Shown here piece after piece: positions 39,654 through 49,787 of a stretch of 64,000 bases of DNA. The notes below the pieces were generated by a model, which was not told where the DNA came from, made no database searches, and saw only the letters and a program-made list of their open reading frames with translations. The stretch's first letter is position 1, and each line of letters opens with the position of its first letter. The stretch spans positions 256,001-320,000 of the forward strand of contig CAVRQT010000003.1 in assembly GCA_963723515.1 (NCBI GenBank), given 5' to 3'. This DNA comes from Vulcanimicrobiota bacterium (lineage in GTDB: Bacteria > Vulcanimicrobiota > Vulcanimicrobiia > Vulcanimicrobiales > Vulcanimicrobiaceae). The position numbers were made by a program, and so were the translations under genes.

Positions 39654-40814
39654 GGTTGCCGTCGTCGGCGGCGGCCCGGCGGGATCGATGTGTGCGACGC
39701 GATTGGCGGCTCGCGGCATTGACGTCACGCTGCTCGAACGAACCGCATTTCCGCGCACGAAAGTTTGCGGCGAGTATATCAATGCCGGTGCGCAAGAAGA
39801 GCTGATAGACACCGCAGTCGCAGACGAAATCCGCGCTGAGTGCAATCGAATTGCCGGCATTCGACTCCACGTCGATGGACTCGAACTTGAGCTGCCGTTT
39901 GGAGGCGAAGCGTGGGCAATCGCGCGCAGCCGCCTCGACGACATTTTGCTCGCAAACGCTCGGCGCGCAGGGGCGCAAACGATTACCGGGCGCGTTGAGG
40001 ATCTTGAACGAAACGGCGATCGAATCGGGGTCCGCTTCAGAGACGCTTCAGGATTAGAACATATGATTGACGCCGATGTTGTTGTCGGTGCAGACGGCCT
40101 TGGATCGCTCGTCGCGCGCAAATGCGGTCTCGCGTCGCCATCGAGCGGCGGCCGGTTTGCGATCGGCGGTCACTACAGCGGCTTCGGCGGCGCTCAACGG
40201 CTTTATTGAGATGTATGTAACGAAAGAGGCCTATTTCGCGATCAATCCGTTGAGCGATGAACTCGCAAACGTCATGATTGTCGTGGAACAGTCGTCGTTA
40301 CACGAATGGACCGGCGCTATCGATGCGAACATGGAGCATGTCTCGTTGCAACTGGCGGCCGGAAAACGAGCGATTGGCACGGTGCAACGCGTCGGCAAGC
40401 GCGTCGCGATCGGACCGCTCGCGCATAAGGTTCGCAGCGTCGCCCGGGAAAATGTATTTCTCGTCGGTGATGCCGCAGGGTTCATCGACCCATTCACCGG
40501 CCAAGGCGTTTTCCTCGCGTTACACACGCGCGAAGCTTGCCGCCGCAGCGATTGAAGCGCGCCTATCGGGAAAGGCGACCGCCGAGCAGTCGGCAGCGCA
40601 GTATCGTTCGCAACATCATCAGATCTTCGGCGCACGCGCTAGCTTAGCAACTCTCGTTTCCAAACTGGTCCGCACGCCGTGGCTGGCAAAGCGTGCGGCG
40701 CGCAACCTGCTGCGAAGCGCTGAATTACGTCGCTCTGTCATGGCCGCAATTGCCGGGCACGAGCGCGCGCCGGCAGGGCTCAATTCAACGATGCTTCTGA
40801 GACTCGTGGCCTGA
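39646..40814 (+). CDS. FAD-dependent oxidoreductase (geranylgeranyl reductase-like), frameshifts near 40190 and 40525
   Basis: VVGGGPAG, FPR.KVCGE, GADG, VGDAAGFIDPFTGQG. Confidence 0.87.
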
Positions 40815-41254
40815 TGCAGACGAGCAACGAAATCTTCATTGTGGCTCCCGCGGAACGCATTTTCGAAATTGCCGCTTGCACCGAGCGCTGGCCCGCCATT
40901 CTTCCGCATTACCGCAGCGTCCGAATCCTCGATCAGAACGGCATGCAACGGGTCGTTGAGATGGCGGCGTGGCGCGATTTTATTCCGGTTCGCTGGGTCG
41001 CGCAGCAGTGGAACGATTCATCGGTTCCTCGCATTCGTTTTCATCACGTTCGCGGTTGGACGAAGGGCATGGATGTTGAGTGGCGCTTCGAGTCTGAAGC
41101 GGGCGGAACGCGAGTTAAGATATTGCACGACCTCGATTTTCAGTTTCCGTTTGCGCGAAGATTTCTCGGTCAACATGTCGTCGGAGATTTCTTCGTCCAT
41201 GACATCGCCGGCAAGACCCTCAAGCGCATGAAGCAACTGGCGGAAGATCGCTAG
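40814..41254 (+). CDS. SRPBCC / polyketide cyclase-aromatase family protein
   Basis: I.AP.E.IF..A...ERWP..LPHY, I.F.H..G.TKGM.V.W.F. Confidence 0.85.
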   Translation: MQTSNEIFIVAPAERIFEIAACTERWPAILPHYRSVRILDQNGMQRVVEMAAWRDFIPVRWVAQQWNDSSVPRIRFHHVRGWTKGMDVEWRFESEAGGTRVKILHDLDFQFPFARRFLGQHVVGDFFVHDIAGKTLKRMKQLAEDR

Positions 41255-41255
41255 C

Positions 41256-42512
41256 GTGATTGAGCATAGCCGAAATGGACTCGCGCATCGGGTCGTGGTC
41301 ACCGGCATGGGGCTGATTACGCCGATCGGCACTGGACACGAGCGATTTTGGGATAATTTACGCGCCGGCAAGAGCGGCGTGCGCCGTATCACGCGCTTCG
41401 ATCCTGGAGAATTCTCATCGCAAATCGCCGCGGAGATCGACGACTTTGATCCCGCGGATTACCTTTCGGTGAAGCGACGGAAGTGGACCGACCGATTTGC
41501 GCAGCTTGCAGTCGGCGCCGGGCGGCTTGCGCTCGACGATGCTGCTTTCTCGGTGAACGGAAACGGCAATGACGTCAGCGTCTTCGTCGGCTCCGCACTC
41601 GGCGGCTTAGCATACGCAGACGAGCAGTACCAAGTGTATCAAAGTCGGGGCATCGGCGCGGTGCACCCTTTGCTCGCGATCTCGGTGTTCGGCGGTGCCT
41701 CGACGAGCAACATGTCGCTCGAATTTGGTTTAAGCGGACACAATGTCGCGAACGCAAATTCGTGCGCTTCCGGAGCGGTTGCCATCGGGCAAGCCTTCCA
41801 AGCGATTGCGCGCGGTGATGCACGTGCGGCGTTAGCCGGGGGCGTCGAAGCGCCGCTCTCTCCACTGATTTTCGGCGCGTTCACCGTCATCAACGCGATG
41901 TCGCGGCGCAATTCGGATCCCGTGGCGGCGAGCCGGCCTTTCGATCGTGAGCGCGATGGCTTTGTGATGGCAGAAGGCGCCGGCATCTTTGTCCTCGAGC
42001 GGCTCGACGACGCGATCCGCCGGAACGCGCGCATCTACGGCGAGCTTGCCGGCTTCGGCCTTTCGAACGACGCCTATCATATGTCGGCGCCAAGGCCAGA
42101 CGGCGCGCAAGTCGCACGCGCACTGCGTGAAGCGCTCGATCAAGCCGCGCTCTCGCCCGGCGAGGTTGAAGCCATCAACGCACACGGTTCATCGACGCCG
42201 CTCGGCGATCGGACTGAATCGCTCGCATACCGTCTGGCCTTCGGTGAATCGGCGGCGCGAATCCCAATTAGCGCCACGAAGGGGCAACACGGCCATGCGT
42301 TGGGCGCGACAGGAGCCTGGGAAGTCGGTATTGCGCTGCTGAGCATGCAGCATGGCGTCATTCCCGCGACTGCGAACTTGATCGAAACCGAAGAAGATTG
42401 TGCGATCCGGCCAAGCGCGCAAGAAATCGAATGCCGCCCCCAAGTCGTGCTTTCCAACTCCTCCGGTTTTGGCGGAATAAACGCCGCCCTCGCGATCAAA
42501 GCCTACCGGTAG
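41256..42512 (+). CDS. Beta-ketoacyl synthase (FabF / KS-alpha-like)
   Basis: RVVVTGMG, NSCASG (Cys), SRPFD.ERDGFVM.EG, NAHGSST, GHALGA, SGFGG.N. Confidence 0.92.
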   Translation: MIEHSRNGLAHRVVVTGMGLITPIGTGHERFWDNLRAGKSGVRRITRFDPGEFSSQIAAEIDDFDPADYLSVKRRKWTDRFAQLAVGAGRLALDDAAFSVNGNGNDVSVFVGSALGGLAYADEQYQVYQSRGIGAVHPLLAISVFGGASTSNMSLEFGLSGHNVANANSCASGAVAIGQAFQAIARGDARAALAGGVEAPLSPLIFGAFTVINAMSRRNSDPVAASRPFDRERDGFVMAEGAGIFVLERLDDAIRRNARIYGELAGFGLSNDAYHMSAPRPDGAQVARALREALDQAALSPGEVEAINAHGSSTPLGDRTESLAYRLAFGESAARIPISATKGQHGHALGATGAWEVGIALLSMQHGVIPATANLIETEEDCAIRPSAQEIECRPQVVLSNSSGFGGINAALAIKAYR

Positions 42513-42653
42513 AACTGCAGCCAAAACGTCGTCGCGGGGCGACGGGTACTGGTCCGGTGACGTGGCTGCGCACAGCAATGCGCTCGATTTGGCGCGGCCG
42601 GCGAAGCGCCATGATAGAGGTTCGGCGCGTTCGAAGAAGCGAACGAAATAACG

Positions 42654-42893
42654 ATGGACACCGCTGCGGTCCTGGATCGATTCTTTGCAATTGCGCCGTG
42701 GGTACTCTTTGCGGCGATCGTGCTCTTCGTTTACATACTATCGCGCGGCGGAAGCCGAAGCGCGAGCGTTCCGATTACCCAAACATTCTCGTGCAGCCGG
42801 TGTGGACATCGGGGAAAGCGCGAACACATGGTGCCGATCTCGCGGGAGGGATCGATCGTTTGGTATTGCCCGCGCTGCGCCGCGCAGCTTTAG
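42654..42893 (+). CDS. Small membrane protein with C-terminal Zn ribbon
   Basis: One TM helix followed by CSRC...WYCPRC. Confidence 0.7.
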   Translation: MDTAAVLDRFFAIAPWVLFAAIVLFVYILSRGGSRSASVPITQTFSCSRCGHRGKREHMVPISREGSIVWYCPRCAAQL

Positions 42894-42897
42894 CGCA

Positions 42898-44542
42898 CTA
42901 CCACGTTTTCATGCCCGGCGCCAAGAAGCCGGGATGTTGGAAAATATCGTAGAGCGGTCCGATATACGCGAGAATCGCCAGCCCGATGGCGACTGCTCCC
43001 CAGCGGAAGAGATGCTGAAGTAGAGCGGGTGTTGGCCGCGAGCCTTCCACCGGTTGCGCGAATTGCACGCTCATGTCTTCGAACTTTTCATTTCCCAGCG
43101 CTGTCCCGATTGCGATGACCGCGAACAGAATGATGCTGCAGAATAAGAAGAATCCGCCCGCCGCTGCGATCACCATCAACGGTTGCCACTGGTTCGCCGT
43201 CTGCGCGCCTAAGTAGCTGACCTCAGCGGTGCGTCGCGGTGCGCCCATCAATCCGGCCCAATGCATCGAAATCGACATAAAAAGCATCCCGTAAAACCAG
43301 ATTTTGGTCTGCACAACGGCCAAGTCGGGGCGCCACAGCGAGCGGCCGGTCAGCTTTGGAACCAGCCAATACGCCGCACCTAAGAATGTCAATGCAACCG
43401 GGCCGCCGACCGTAACGTGGAAGTGCCCGACGATCCAAACCGTGTTGTGCACGACGGTGTCCATGCTGTACGACGCATTGATGAGGCCGCCGAAGCCGCC
43501 CAGAATAAAGAGCATCATCCCATACGCAGCACCGCTGAACGCCGGATCCTTCCACGGCAAGCGATTTGACGGTTTCGACGAAGCCGCGGTTTCCACGCGC
43601 ACGCGCCGCTAGTTCAAAGGATGCGAAGACTGCGAATGCTGTGATGAAGGAGGGAATCGCAACGCCGTAGGTCGTCAGGGTGTGCAGCATCTTCCACTTC
43701 GTCGCAATATACGGCTCCATAAACTGGTGGTGGATGCCGACCGGCGTTGAGAGCAGCAGCAGCAGAATGAATGCGAGGCGCGTTAAGGCCGTCACTGAAC
43801 ACATATCCACCGTACCGCGTCGGAATGACGTTATACCAGATGATGTACGCGCCCATGATCCAGAAGTAGACCAGTGGGTGGCCAAAATACCAGAAGAGCA
43901 TGCGCGTCAGCATCACGTTGACGCCGCTCGTCCACCCGAATGCCCACGGAATCAGCAGTACATTTCGCCGACGACACCGAGCGTCGCGATGAACCACATC
44001 AAAAACGTCGTAGCACAGCCAAAGACGATCAGCGGCACGGGCGTGCCGGGATTGTTGCGCCTGAACCAGATGACGTTTGAAAGTATCTCGGCTCCGACAA
44101 TCCACGTGCCGAGAATCAGGATCGTCGCGCCGATGTAAAACCATGGGCTGGCTTTCAGCGGCGCGTAGAAGGTGTAGAGTACCGTCGCTTTTCCGGCTAA
44201 AATATTGACGGCGGCCATCGCGGTGCCCACGAGCATGACGCTCCAGCCGAGCCATCCCAAGAGCATCGAACGCTCTCTTGGGATCGAGCGATAGACCGCG
44301 AACAGCCCGAGGCCAGTGATGAAGAACGTCGTGAAGACGAGCGCCATCAAGACGCCATGCATCGTTAGAATGCGATAGTAATCGAACCACGGCGGCACCG
44401 CGATTACCGAAGCGCGCGAAAAGCCTTGAACCGCGCCAAAGACGGCGCCCAAGACGATGGCGGTGGTCGAAGTGTAAATGTGCGCCAGAACGACCCTGTT
44501 CTCGCGCAACACCTGCGGCTGTACTCTCGCAGAAGCGATCAT
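42898..44542 (-). CDS. cbaA: ba3-type (family B) heme-copper oxidase subunit I, frameshifts near 43965, 43785 and 43560
   Basis: YY..LT.HGVLMA, FWYFGHPLVYFW, GIHHQF, HNT.W..GHFH.TVG. Confidence 0.92.
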
Positions 44543-45006
44543 TGAACTTCTATGCTCGCGGACATGTTTTGGTGGCCGATGCCGCAGTACTCGTGACAGA
44601 GCAGCAGGTACGTGCCGCGCAACCGAAAGACGTGCGTCTGTGAATTGATCCACCCCGGCACCGCCATCATGTTGATGTCGGTGTGCGCCACCAGGAAACC
44701 GTGCACGACGTCGGGACTCGTAACATAGAACGTCACCTTGCTGCCCACCGGAACTTTCAGCACCGGTGGATTGAACGAGAAGACTTGTGCGACGTAGTAC
44801 GCCTCGTAGCTTCCGTCCGATAGTTTGCGTAGCCCCGGCTTATCGAATGGCGGCGTCTGCACGACCTTCGTCGGGTCGATGGCCTGCAAGCCGCTCGGGG
44901 GATTGATATTATCTTCAAATGCGGCGTACCCGATGATGGCGAGGAACAGCACGAGCATCGCGACGCCGAACGTCATCCACCACTTTTCGTAACGGTGGAT
45001 ATGCAT
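44539..45006 (-). CDS. cbaB: ba3-type oxidase subunit II (CuA)
   Basis: MHIHRYEKWW start, one TM, DVVHGF, CHEYCGIGHQNM. Confidence 0.93.
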   Translation of the reverse strand: MHIHRYEKWWMTFGVAMLVLFLAIIGYAAFEDNINPPSGLQAIDPTKVVQTPPFDKPGLRKLSDGSYEAYYVAQVFSFNPPVLKVPVGSKVTFYVTSPDVVHGFLVAHTDINMMAVPGWINSQTHVFRLRGTYLLLCHEYCGIGHQNMSASIEVQ

Positions 45007-45137
45007 CACCAGCGCCCTTTGAGTAGCATGAACATCAACAGCCATCCGATCAAGAACGCGATGCCCATGATCATGACGAACTTCAACGTTACGGGAAGCG
45101 GAGTGTCGCCGCCCGTTTTGAGATCTTCCTGCTCCAA
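45006..45137 (-). CDS. ba3-type oxidase small subunit IIa (43 aa, below the ORF-track cutoff)
   Basis: TTG-started MEQEDLKTGGDTPLPVTLKFVMIMGIAFLIGWLLMFMLLKGRW; single TM; TGA overlaps the subunit II ATG. Confidence 0.75.
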   Translation of the reverse strand: MEQEDLKTGGDTPLPVTLKFVMIMGIAFLIGWLLMFMLLKGRW

Positions 45138-45148
45138 TCGCGGCGTCT

Positions 45149-45643
45149 CTACGGTCCAAAACGTTGCGCTTGTGCGATGTCCGCTTCGCGGCGCCTGATG
45201 TTGCTCTCCGCGGTCGTTGTCACTCTATCGAGGAAGGCACGCAACGAGCGTTCTGCCACGCTTCGCAGGACCGTCGTGTTGACGACCCGTCCCACCGTGC
45301 CCATTGGCGGCTTGTATTCTCCTCGCAGTCGTACGCAAGAATATGGAGAACCCGCCGGCTCAACGCTAAGCGAGCCGTGGAACGTCGGAAATAGCGTATC
45401 GTGCTGTTTTGCACGAAAGGTGAAATGCATCCCATCACTCCCGTGCTGTTGCATTCGCCGCAACTCGATCGGAACCGAAATGGCACCGGCGCTCGGGAGA
45501 TGAAGATCGCTGAAGTCAGCGTTGATCGCGAAGTCTTCGAAAGGCGACTGCTCTTTTTCAATCGCCGTCAACAGACGTATCAGCTCGGCTTGAAGCAACG
45601 AGGCCGGAATTGGAACGCCTACATTGAGGTCAATCTGCGGCAT
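45149..45643 (-). CDS. Hypothetical protein, paralog family with P.F.G.L...L.G.Y.PP.G..G motif (copy 1)
   Basis: LFPTFHGSLSV...LRGEYKPPMGTVG...VAERSLRAFL. Confidence 0.75.
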   Translation of the reverse strand: MPQIDLNVGVPIPASLLQAELIRLLTAIEKEQSPFEDFAINADFSDLHLPSAGAISVPIELRRMQQHGSDGMHFTFRAKQHDTLFPTFHGSLSVEPAGSPYSCVRLRGEYKPPMGTVGRVVNTTVLRSVAERSLRAFLDRVTTTAESNIRRREADIAQAQRFGP

Positions 45644-46123
45644 GATGTTGTTTGCGCGGCTTCCTGTTTTTCATACCGTGACTGAACTTCGCGTCCCAGG
45701 ACGTTGAGCAACTCGCGTGCGGTCGCGGACGCAATGCGATTACCGACCATCGCATCAAAGGCCTGTCCCGGCGACGCCGCCCGGTGGCTTGTAATCGCCG
45801 CGCAATTCCAATGCGCAACTATCGTAATCTTCGTCCGCGCGTACCGTGAGCTCCCCGTCGAAATCCGGATAAGGACCGCCGCCTTTTGGCGTCCAGTGGA
45901 CTTTCCAGGGCTCATCCATGTGCATCGGATCCGAACCCGCAGAGTACGTCGCAAGAACTTCGCGCCGGATTTCGCCGCCTAAGGCGCCCTCGCCGAGCGG
46001 CAAGGAGAGCGTCAGCGTCGTTGGCTTGTGCGACTGCGCCAAGGGCGCGAGCGCATCGTGCAGGTAGATCCGCGCCAAATGATAGGGCGTCTTCACGACA
46101 AGACGCTGATAGAGGTGCGTCAT
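45619..46123 (-). CDS. Hypothetical protein, same family (copy 2), frameshift near 45765
   Basis: PYPDFDGELTV...LRGDYKPPGGVAG / QAFDAMVGNRIASATARELL. Confidence 0.75.
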
Positions 46124-46233
46124 GGCTTCACGTACTCTACCTGCGCCGCGCGAAATCTTCGGGAAAAAATACGGACAACGCGTTCCCAAGCCCTTCACAT
46201 TCGCTTCCTAGATCCGCCGTAGCATGCGAAAAG

Positions 46234-46612
46234 ATGGCCGAACATTTTGATCGTCGAGCGTGAGCGGCGGCTCGCTGAAACCTTGAGCGGGCATCTGCGC
46301 CGGCATGGCTTCGGCACGACGGTGTGCGAAATCCACTGGAGGCGCTGCCTTTCTAATTCGGCGAACCGCGGATCGTGATGATCGTGGAGAATTGCTGGTC
46401 CGCCGAGCAGAGGCACGACGTCTTTTCGAACCGCAGCATGCCCATCACATTCCAACGATCGTAATCGGATCGCGGGATGAAGAGTCGGCCAGCATCAAGC
46501 GCTCGAGCGCGGCGCAGACGATTTTCTCGTGAAGCCGTTCTCGCTGGCGGAAATAACCGTTCGAATTAGAGCGCTGTACCGACGTTCGCGCGCCGTTAGC
46601 GATCGCCGCTAA
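46234..46612 (+). pseudogene. Single-domain response-regulator receiver, multiply frameshifted
   Basis: NILIVERERRLAETLSGHLRRHGF ... IPTIVIGSRD ... LERGADDFLVKPFSLAEITVRIRAL pieced together across frames. Confidence 0.6.
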
Positions 46613-46666
46613 AAACCTAGGGAGGGCGCAAAAGAGCCTGCGTCGGAACCCCTCGATGGTGCTGCG

Positions 46667-47356
46667 ATGAGCTCGGGGAAACGAATCTTAATCGTCGACG
46701 ACGAGCCGCAAATCGTCGAAGTGTTGCACGCGTACTTGCAACGTGAAGGTTTCGAGACCGTCCTCAAAGACAGCGCGGCGGCCGCTCGTGCCACGATTGC
46801 CGATCAGCCGCCCGATTTGATGATTCTCGACATCAATCTTCCCGATGGCAGCGGTTTCGATCTGTTGCGTGAGTACGGCGCCGAGCGCGGGATCCCAACG
46901 TTGATGCTGACGGCTCGAACGGAGGAAGTCGACCGTATCGTCGGCTTGGAAATGGGCGCCGACGATTACATCGTCAAGCCGTTCTCACCGCGTGAAGTCG
47001 TTGCGCGGGTTCGCGCCGTCTTCCGTCGCTTGAGCAATGGTGGATCGCGTGCCGCACGCAAGGTGATCGCAATTCGCGAGCTCGAGTTGGACGTGAACGG
47101 CCACACGGTGCGAATGCAAGGGCGTGACATTAACCTTACACGATCAGAATTTGACATCTTGCGCGTGTTGGCTGAATCACCCGAGCAAGTATTTTCGCGT
47201 ACCCAACTGCTGGATTTGATCAATGATGAGGGAGGCATCTTCGAACGAACGCTCGATCGCCACATCAACAATCTGCGCAAGAAACTCGAGCCTGATCCGC
47301 AAGACCCATCCTATGTCGTCACCGTTTACGGAGTGGGATACAAACTGAAACGATGA
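46667..47356 (+). CDS. OmpR-family response regulator
   Basis: ILIVDDE, LDINLPD, GADDYIVKPFS, D.HI.NLRKK, TVYGVGY. Confidence 0.95.
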   Translation: MSSGKRILIVDDEPQIVEVLHAYLQREGFETVLKDSAAAARATIADQPPDLMILDINLPDGSGFDLLREYGAERGIPTLMLTARTEEVDRIVGLEMGADDYIVKPFSPREVVARVRAVFRRLSNGGSRAARKVIAIRELELDVNGHTVRMQGRDINLTRSEFDILRVLAESPEQVFSRTQLLDLINDEGGIFERTLDRHINNLRKKLEPDPQDPSYVVTVYGVGYKLKR

Positions 47357-48216
47357 AACAGCTCGAGCAAACAAATGAGCAGCGGATCCTCCATGCAGTG
47401 GACTTGGCTTTGGTGCAGGAGTACGATCGCGCAAAGGCCCTCCTCGAGCAAATCGAGGATCCGCTCGGAAATCGGCTGTTCATGCTGATTGCCGCGCTCG
47501 AACAGCGCTTGCACACTCGACGTGAACATCAATCTGAACTGCGCCATGAGATCGGCAACGCGCTTGGAGTCGTGCAAGCAAACGTCGAGGGAATGCTGGA
47601 CGGCGTGCTCGACCCGACGCCTGCACGCTTACGCGGTGTTCACGACGCGTTGCGAAGTGCGGTCCGGCTCTTAGATGAGTCGAAGCTGGAACGCCCTGCC
47701 AGCCGGGCGACGGTGGACGTGCATCTTGATACTTTCAACGTCTGCGCGCTGATCACGGCGCAGATGTCGATGATTTCCGGCATGGCGACGGCCAAGAACG
47801 TAACGGTTATCTACGATAAGTGCGCAATGCATTACGCGGCGTGCGAATCTTTCCGTGGCGACGGCGATCGAATCGGGCAGATACTGCGCAACGTTCTGAT
47901 CAACGCCGTGAGATACACGCCGCCCGGAGGAGCCGTCGAAATCGACTGTGGGCGTCCCGGCGGCGAGCTGACCCTGCGCATCAGCGACACCGGTCCCGGA
48001 ATTCCCAGGGAAGACTTGCCCCATGTCTTCGAGCGGGGCTTTCGCGGTAAGAATGTCGAGGAAGAAGGCAGCGGAACCGGTCTAGCAGTCGCGGCTGAAG
48101 TCGCTGCGGCGATCGGCGGCGACATTCGGGTCGAGAGTGAGCACGATCACGGCGCGACGTTCACCATTCAGCTGCCGGCTGCGCCGCTAAGCGACAAGGC
48201 GAGTTCGACCAGCTAA
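47353..48216 (+). CDS. Soluble sensor histidine kinase (no TM segment)
   Basis: LRHEIGNAL H-box, NVLINAVRYT, DTGPGI, F box, GTGL. Confidence 0.9.
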   Translation: MKQLEQTNEQRILHAVDLALVQEYDRAKALLEQIEDPLGNRLFMLIAALEQRLHTRREHQSELRHEIGNALGVVQANVEGMLDGVLDPTPARLRGVHDALRSAVRLLDESKLERPASRATVDVHLDTFNVCALITAQMSMISGMATAKNVTVIYDKCAMHYAACESFRGDGDRIGQILRNVLINAVRYTPPGGAVEIDCGRPGGELTLRISDTGPGIPREDLPHVFERGFRGKNVEEEGSGTGLAVAAEVAAAIGGDIRVESEHDHGATFTIQLPAAPLSDKASSTS

Positions 48217-48707
48217 TCTTTCGGCGAATCGGCAAGCGTCGTTTTTCGTGCGACGCCATAGGTCTCTTCAATAAATGTCTTCATATCTTGGAGAAGAGAG
48301 TTGGCAGTCGCGGCAGCGATACGTTGCCCCAAAACCGCATCAAACGCTGCGCCTAGCGCGCCAAATGGCGGCGTATATTCGCCTTCCAAAATTAACATGC
48401 TGTGGGCGCCTTCAGTGCGCTCGGCATGCAAGACGCCGGCGAACCTCGGAATGATCTTGTCCTTGGGATCCCATGCGAGCGAAATGGCATCTGCTTCATT
48501 GCCGTTCGCCTTTTTCAGTTCATATGCGATAGCGACTTGATGGCTTGCCTGGACCCGACCCGGGATGTTTAACGCGGCCGAGTCAACCGTCAAAGTAAAG
48601 ACGCCTTGCTCTTGGCCCCTTCGGTGCACGCTGAAGTAGCGCTCCGCATAGTACATGATCTCGTGGAGCGGGCAGTCAACCGAGATGGACTGCTTGATCT
48701 TCGTCAT
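48213..48707 (-). CDS. Hypothetical protein, same family (copy 3)
   Basis: IPRFAGVL...LEGEYTPPFGALGAAFDAVLGQRIAAATANSLL. Confidence 0.78.
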   Translation of the reverse strand: MTKIKQSISVDCPLHEIMYYAERYFSVHRRGQEQGVFTLTVDSAALNIPGRVQASHQVAIAYELKKANGNEADAISLAWDPKDKIIPRFAGVLHAERTEGAHSMLILEGEYTPPFGALGAAFDAVLGQRIAAATANSLLQDMKTFIEETYGVARKTTLADSPKD

Positions 48708-48804
48708 CGCGCCTCCAAATTTTAAGCAGCATCCTCGCCTTAAAATAGCGCAATCCCTTGGCGATTCGGGGAAGAGGTGAGGAAGGTTTGGGGTATCGCT
48801 TACG

Positions 48805-49176
48805 TTACAACGATTCCACGTAAGCCGCGACGTCGCGCACGTCTTTGTCGCTAAGAGGACTCGGATAGAGCTTTGGCATCGGCGGTTGCGGATGCTTAAT
48901 CCAAGCGATCGCTTGAACTAGATTTTTTCGCGACTTCTCATTTTTCAAAGCCGGCCCAACGCCGCCGTTGGCCGTCGCGCCGTGACATGATGCGCAGTTC
49001 TGCATGAAGATGGTCTTTCCGTGCGACGCATCGCCACCGGCAGCGACGCTGCGCGCCATTGAACCCGTAGTTGTCGGTGACGTTGTGTTTGATGTCGTTG
49101 ATTTATTGCCCGAACAAGCGACGAAGAGTGTCAAGAACAGCGTTCCACAGAAAAAAGCGTACAAAGCCCTCGCCAT
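48805..49176 (-). CDS. Monoheme cytochrome c lipoprotein
   Basis: Lipobox-like LFVAC, CASCH, GPAL, distal Met (PPMP). Confidence 0.88.
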   Translation of the reverse strand: MARALYAFFCGTLFLTLFVACSGNKSTTSNTTSPTTTGSMARSVAAGGDASHGKTIFMQNCASCHGATANGGVGPALKNEKSRKNLVQAIAWIKHPQPPMPKLYPSPLSDKDVRDVAAYVESL

Positions 49177-49424
49177 CGGTAAGGCCCTCCGTTTCCCAGC
49201 GATTTCGGTATCTTGTTGATACCCACCGTGCCACGGTGAATAACCGGTACCTGTAGCTAAGTACCGCAGCGCGCTTGCGCGGGCAAACGATTTTCCAGGC
49301 TTTTTGACTTTTGTCGTAAGCGCTGTTATCGGCGGCCTGCTGTTCGCTGCATCTTCACAAGTTCTGCCTCGGATATGCGCCTGCGAACGCTACGATGACG
49401 GCAGCTAATCACCGGAGATACTAC

Positions 49425-49787
49425 ATGCAAGCATTTCTTAGGACATTTCTCGTGGCCGCTCTCGTCGCGGCGGCGTTAGGCGCACCAATTCAGAGAGCGA
49501 TCGCGCATCCCAGCATCGACATTGCAGCATCGAATTGGAAATTCACGCCTGACATCATCAAGCTTCATGTCGGGGAGACAACCACTCTCCGGCTGACATC
49601 CACGGAGGGCGTTCACGGCATTAAATCGGATGAACTCGGCATTCCGTTAACGACGATCAGCCCCGGCAAATTCGTCACGGTTTCCGTGACGCCGAAGAAA
49701 GAGGGCACCTACATCCTTCATTGCGCGATCATTTGCGGTCCTGGTCACGATAAGATGGCGCTGACGGTCAAAGTCGAGAAAGACTGA
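49425..49787 (+). CDS. Secreted cupredoxin with CuA-like ligands
   Basis: Signal peptide, GVHG, HCAIICGPGHDKM. Confidence 0.85.
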   Translation: MQAFLRTFLVAALVAAALGAPIQRAIAHPSIDIAASNWKFTPDIIKLHVGETTTLRLTSTEGVHGIKSDELGIPLTTISPGKFVTVSVTPKKEGTYILHCAIICGPGHDKMALTVKVEKD

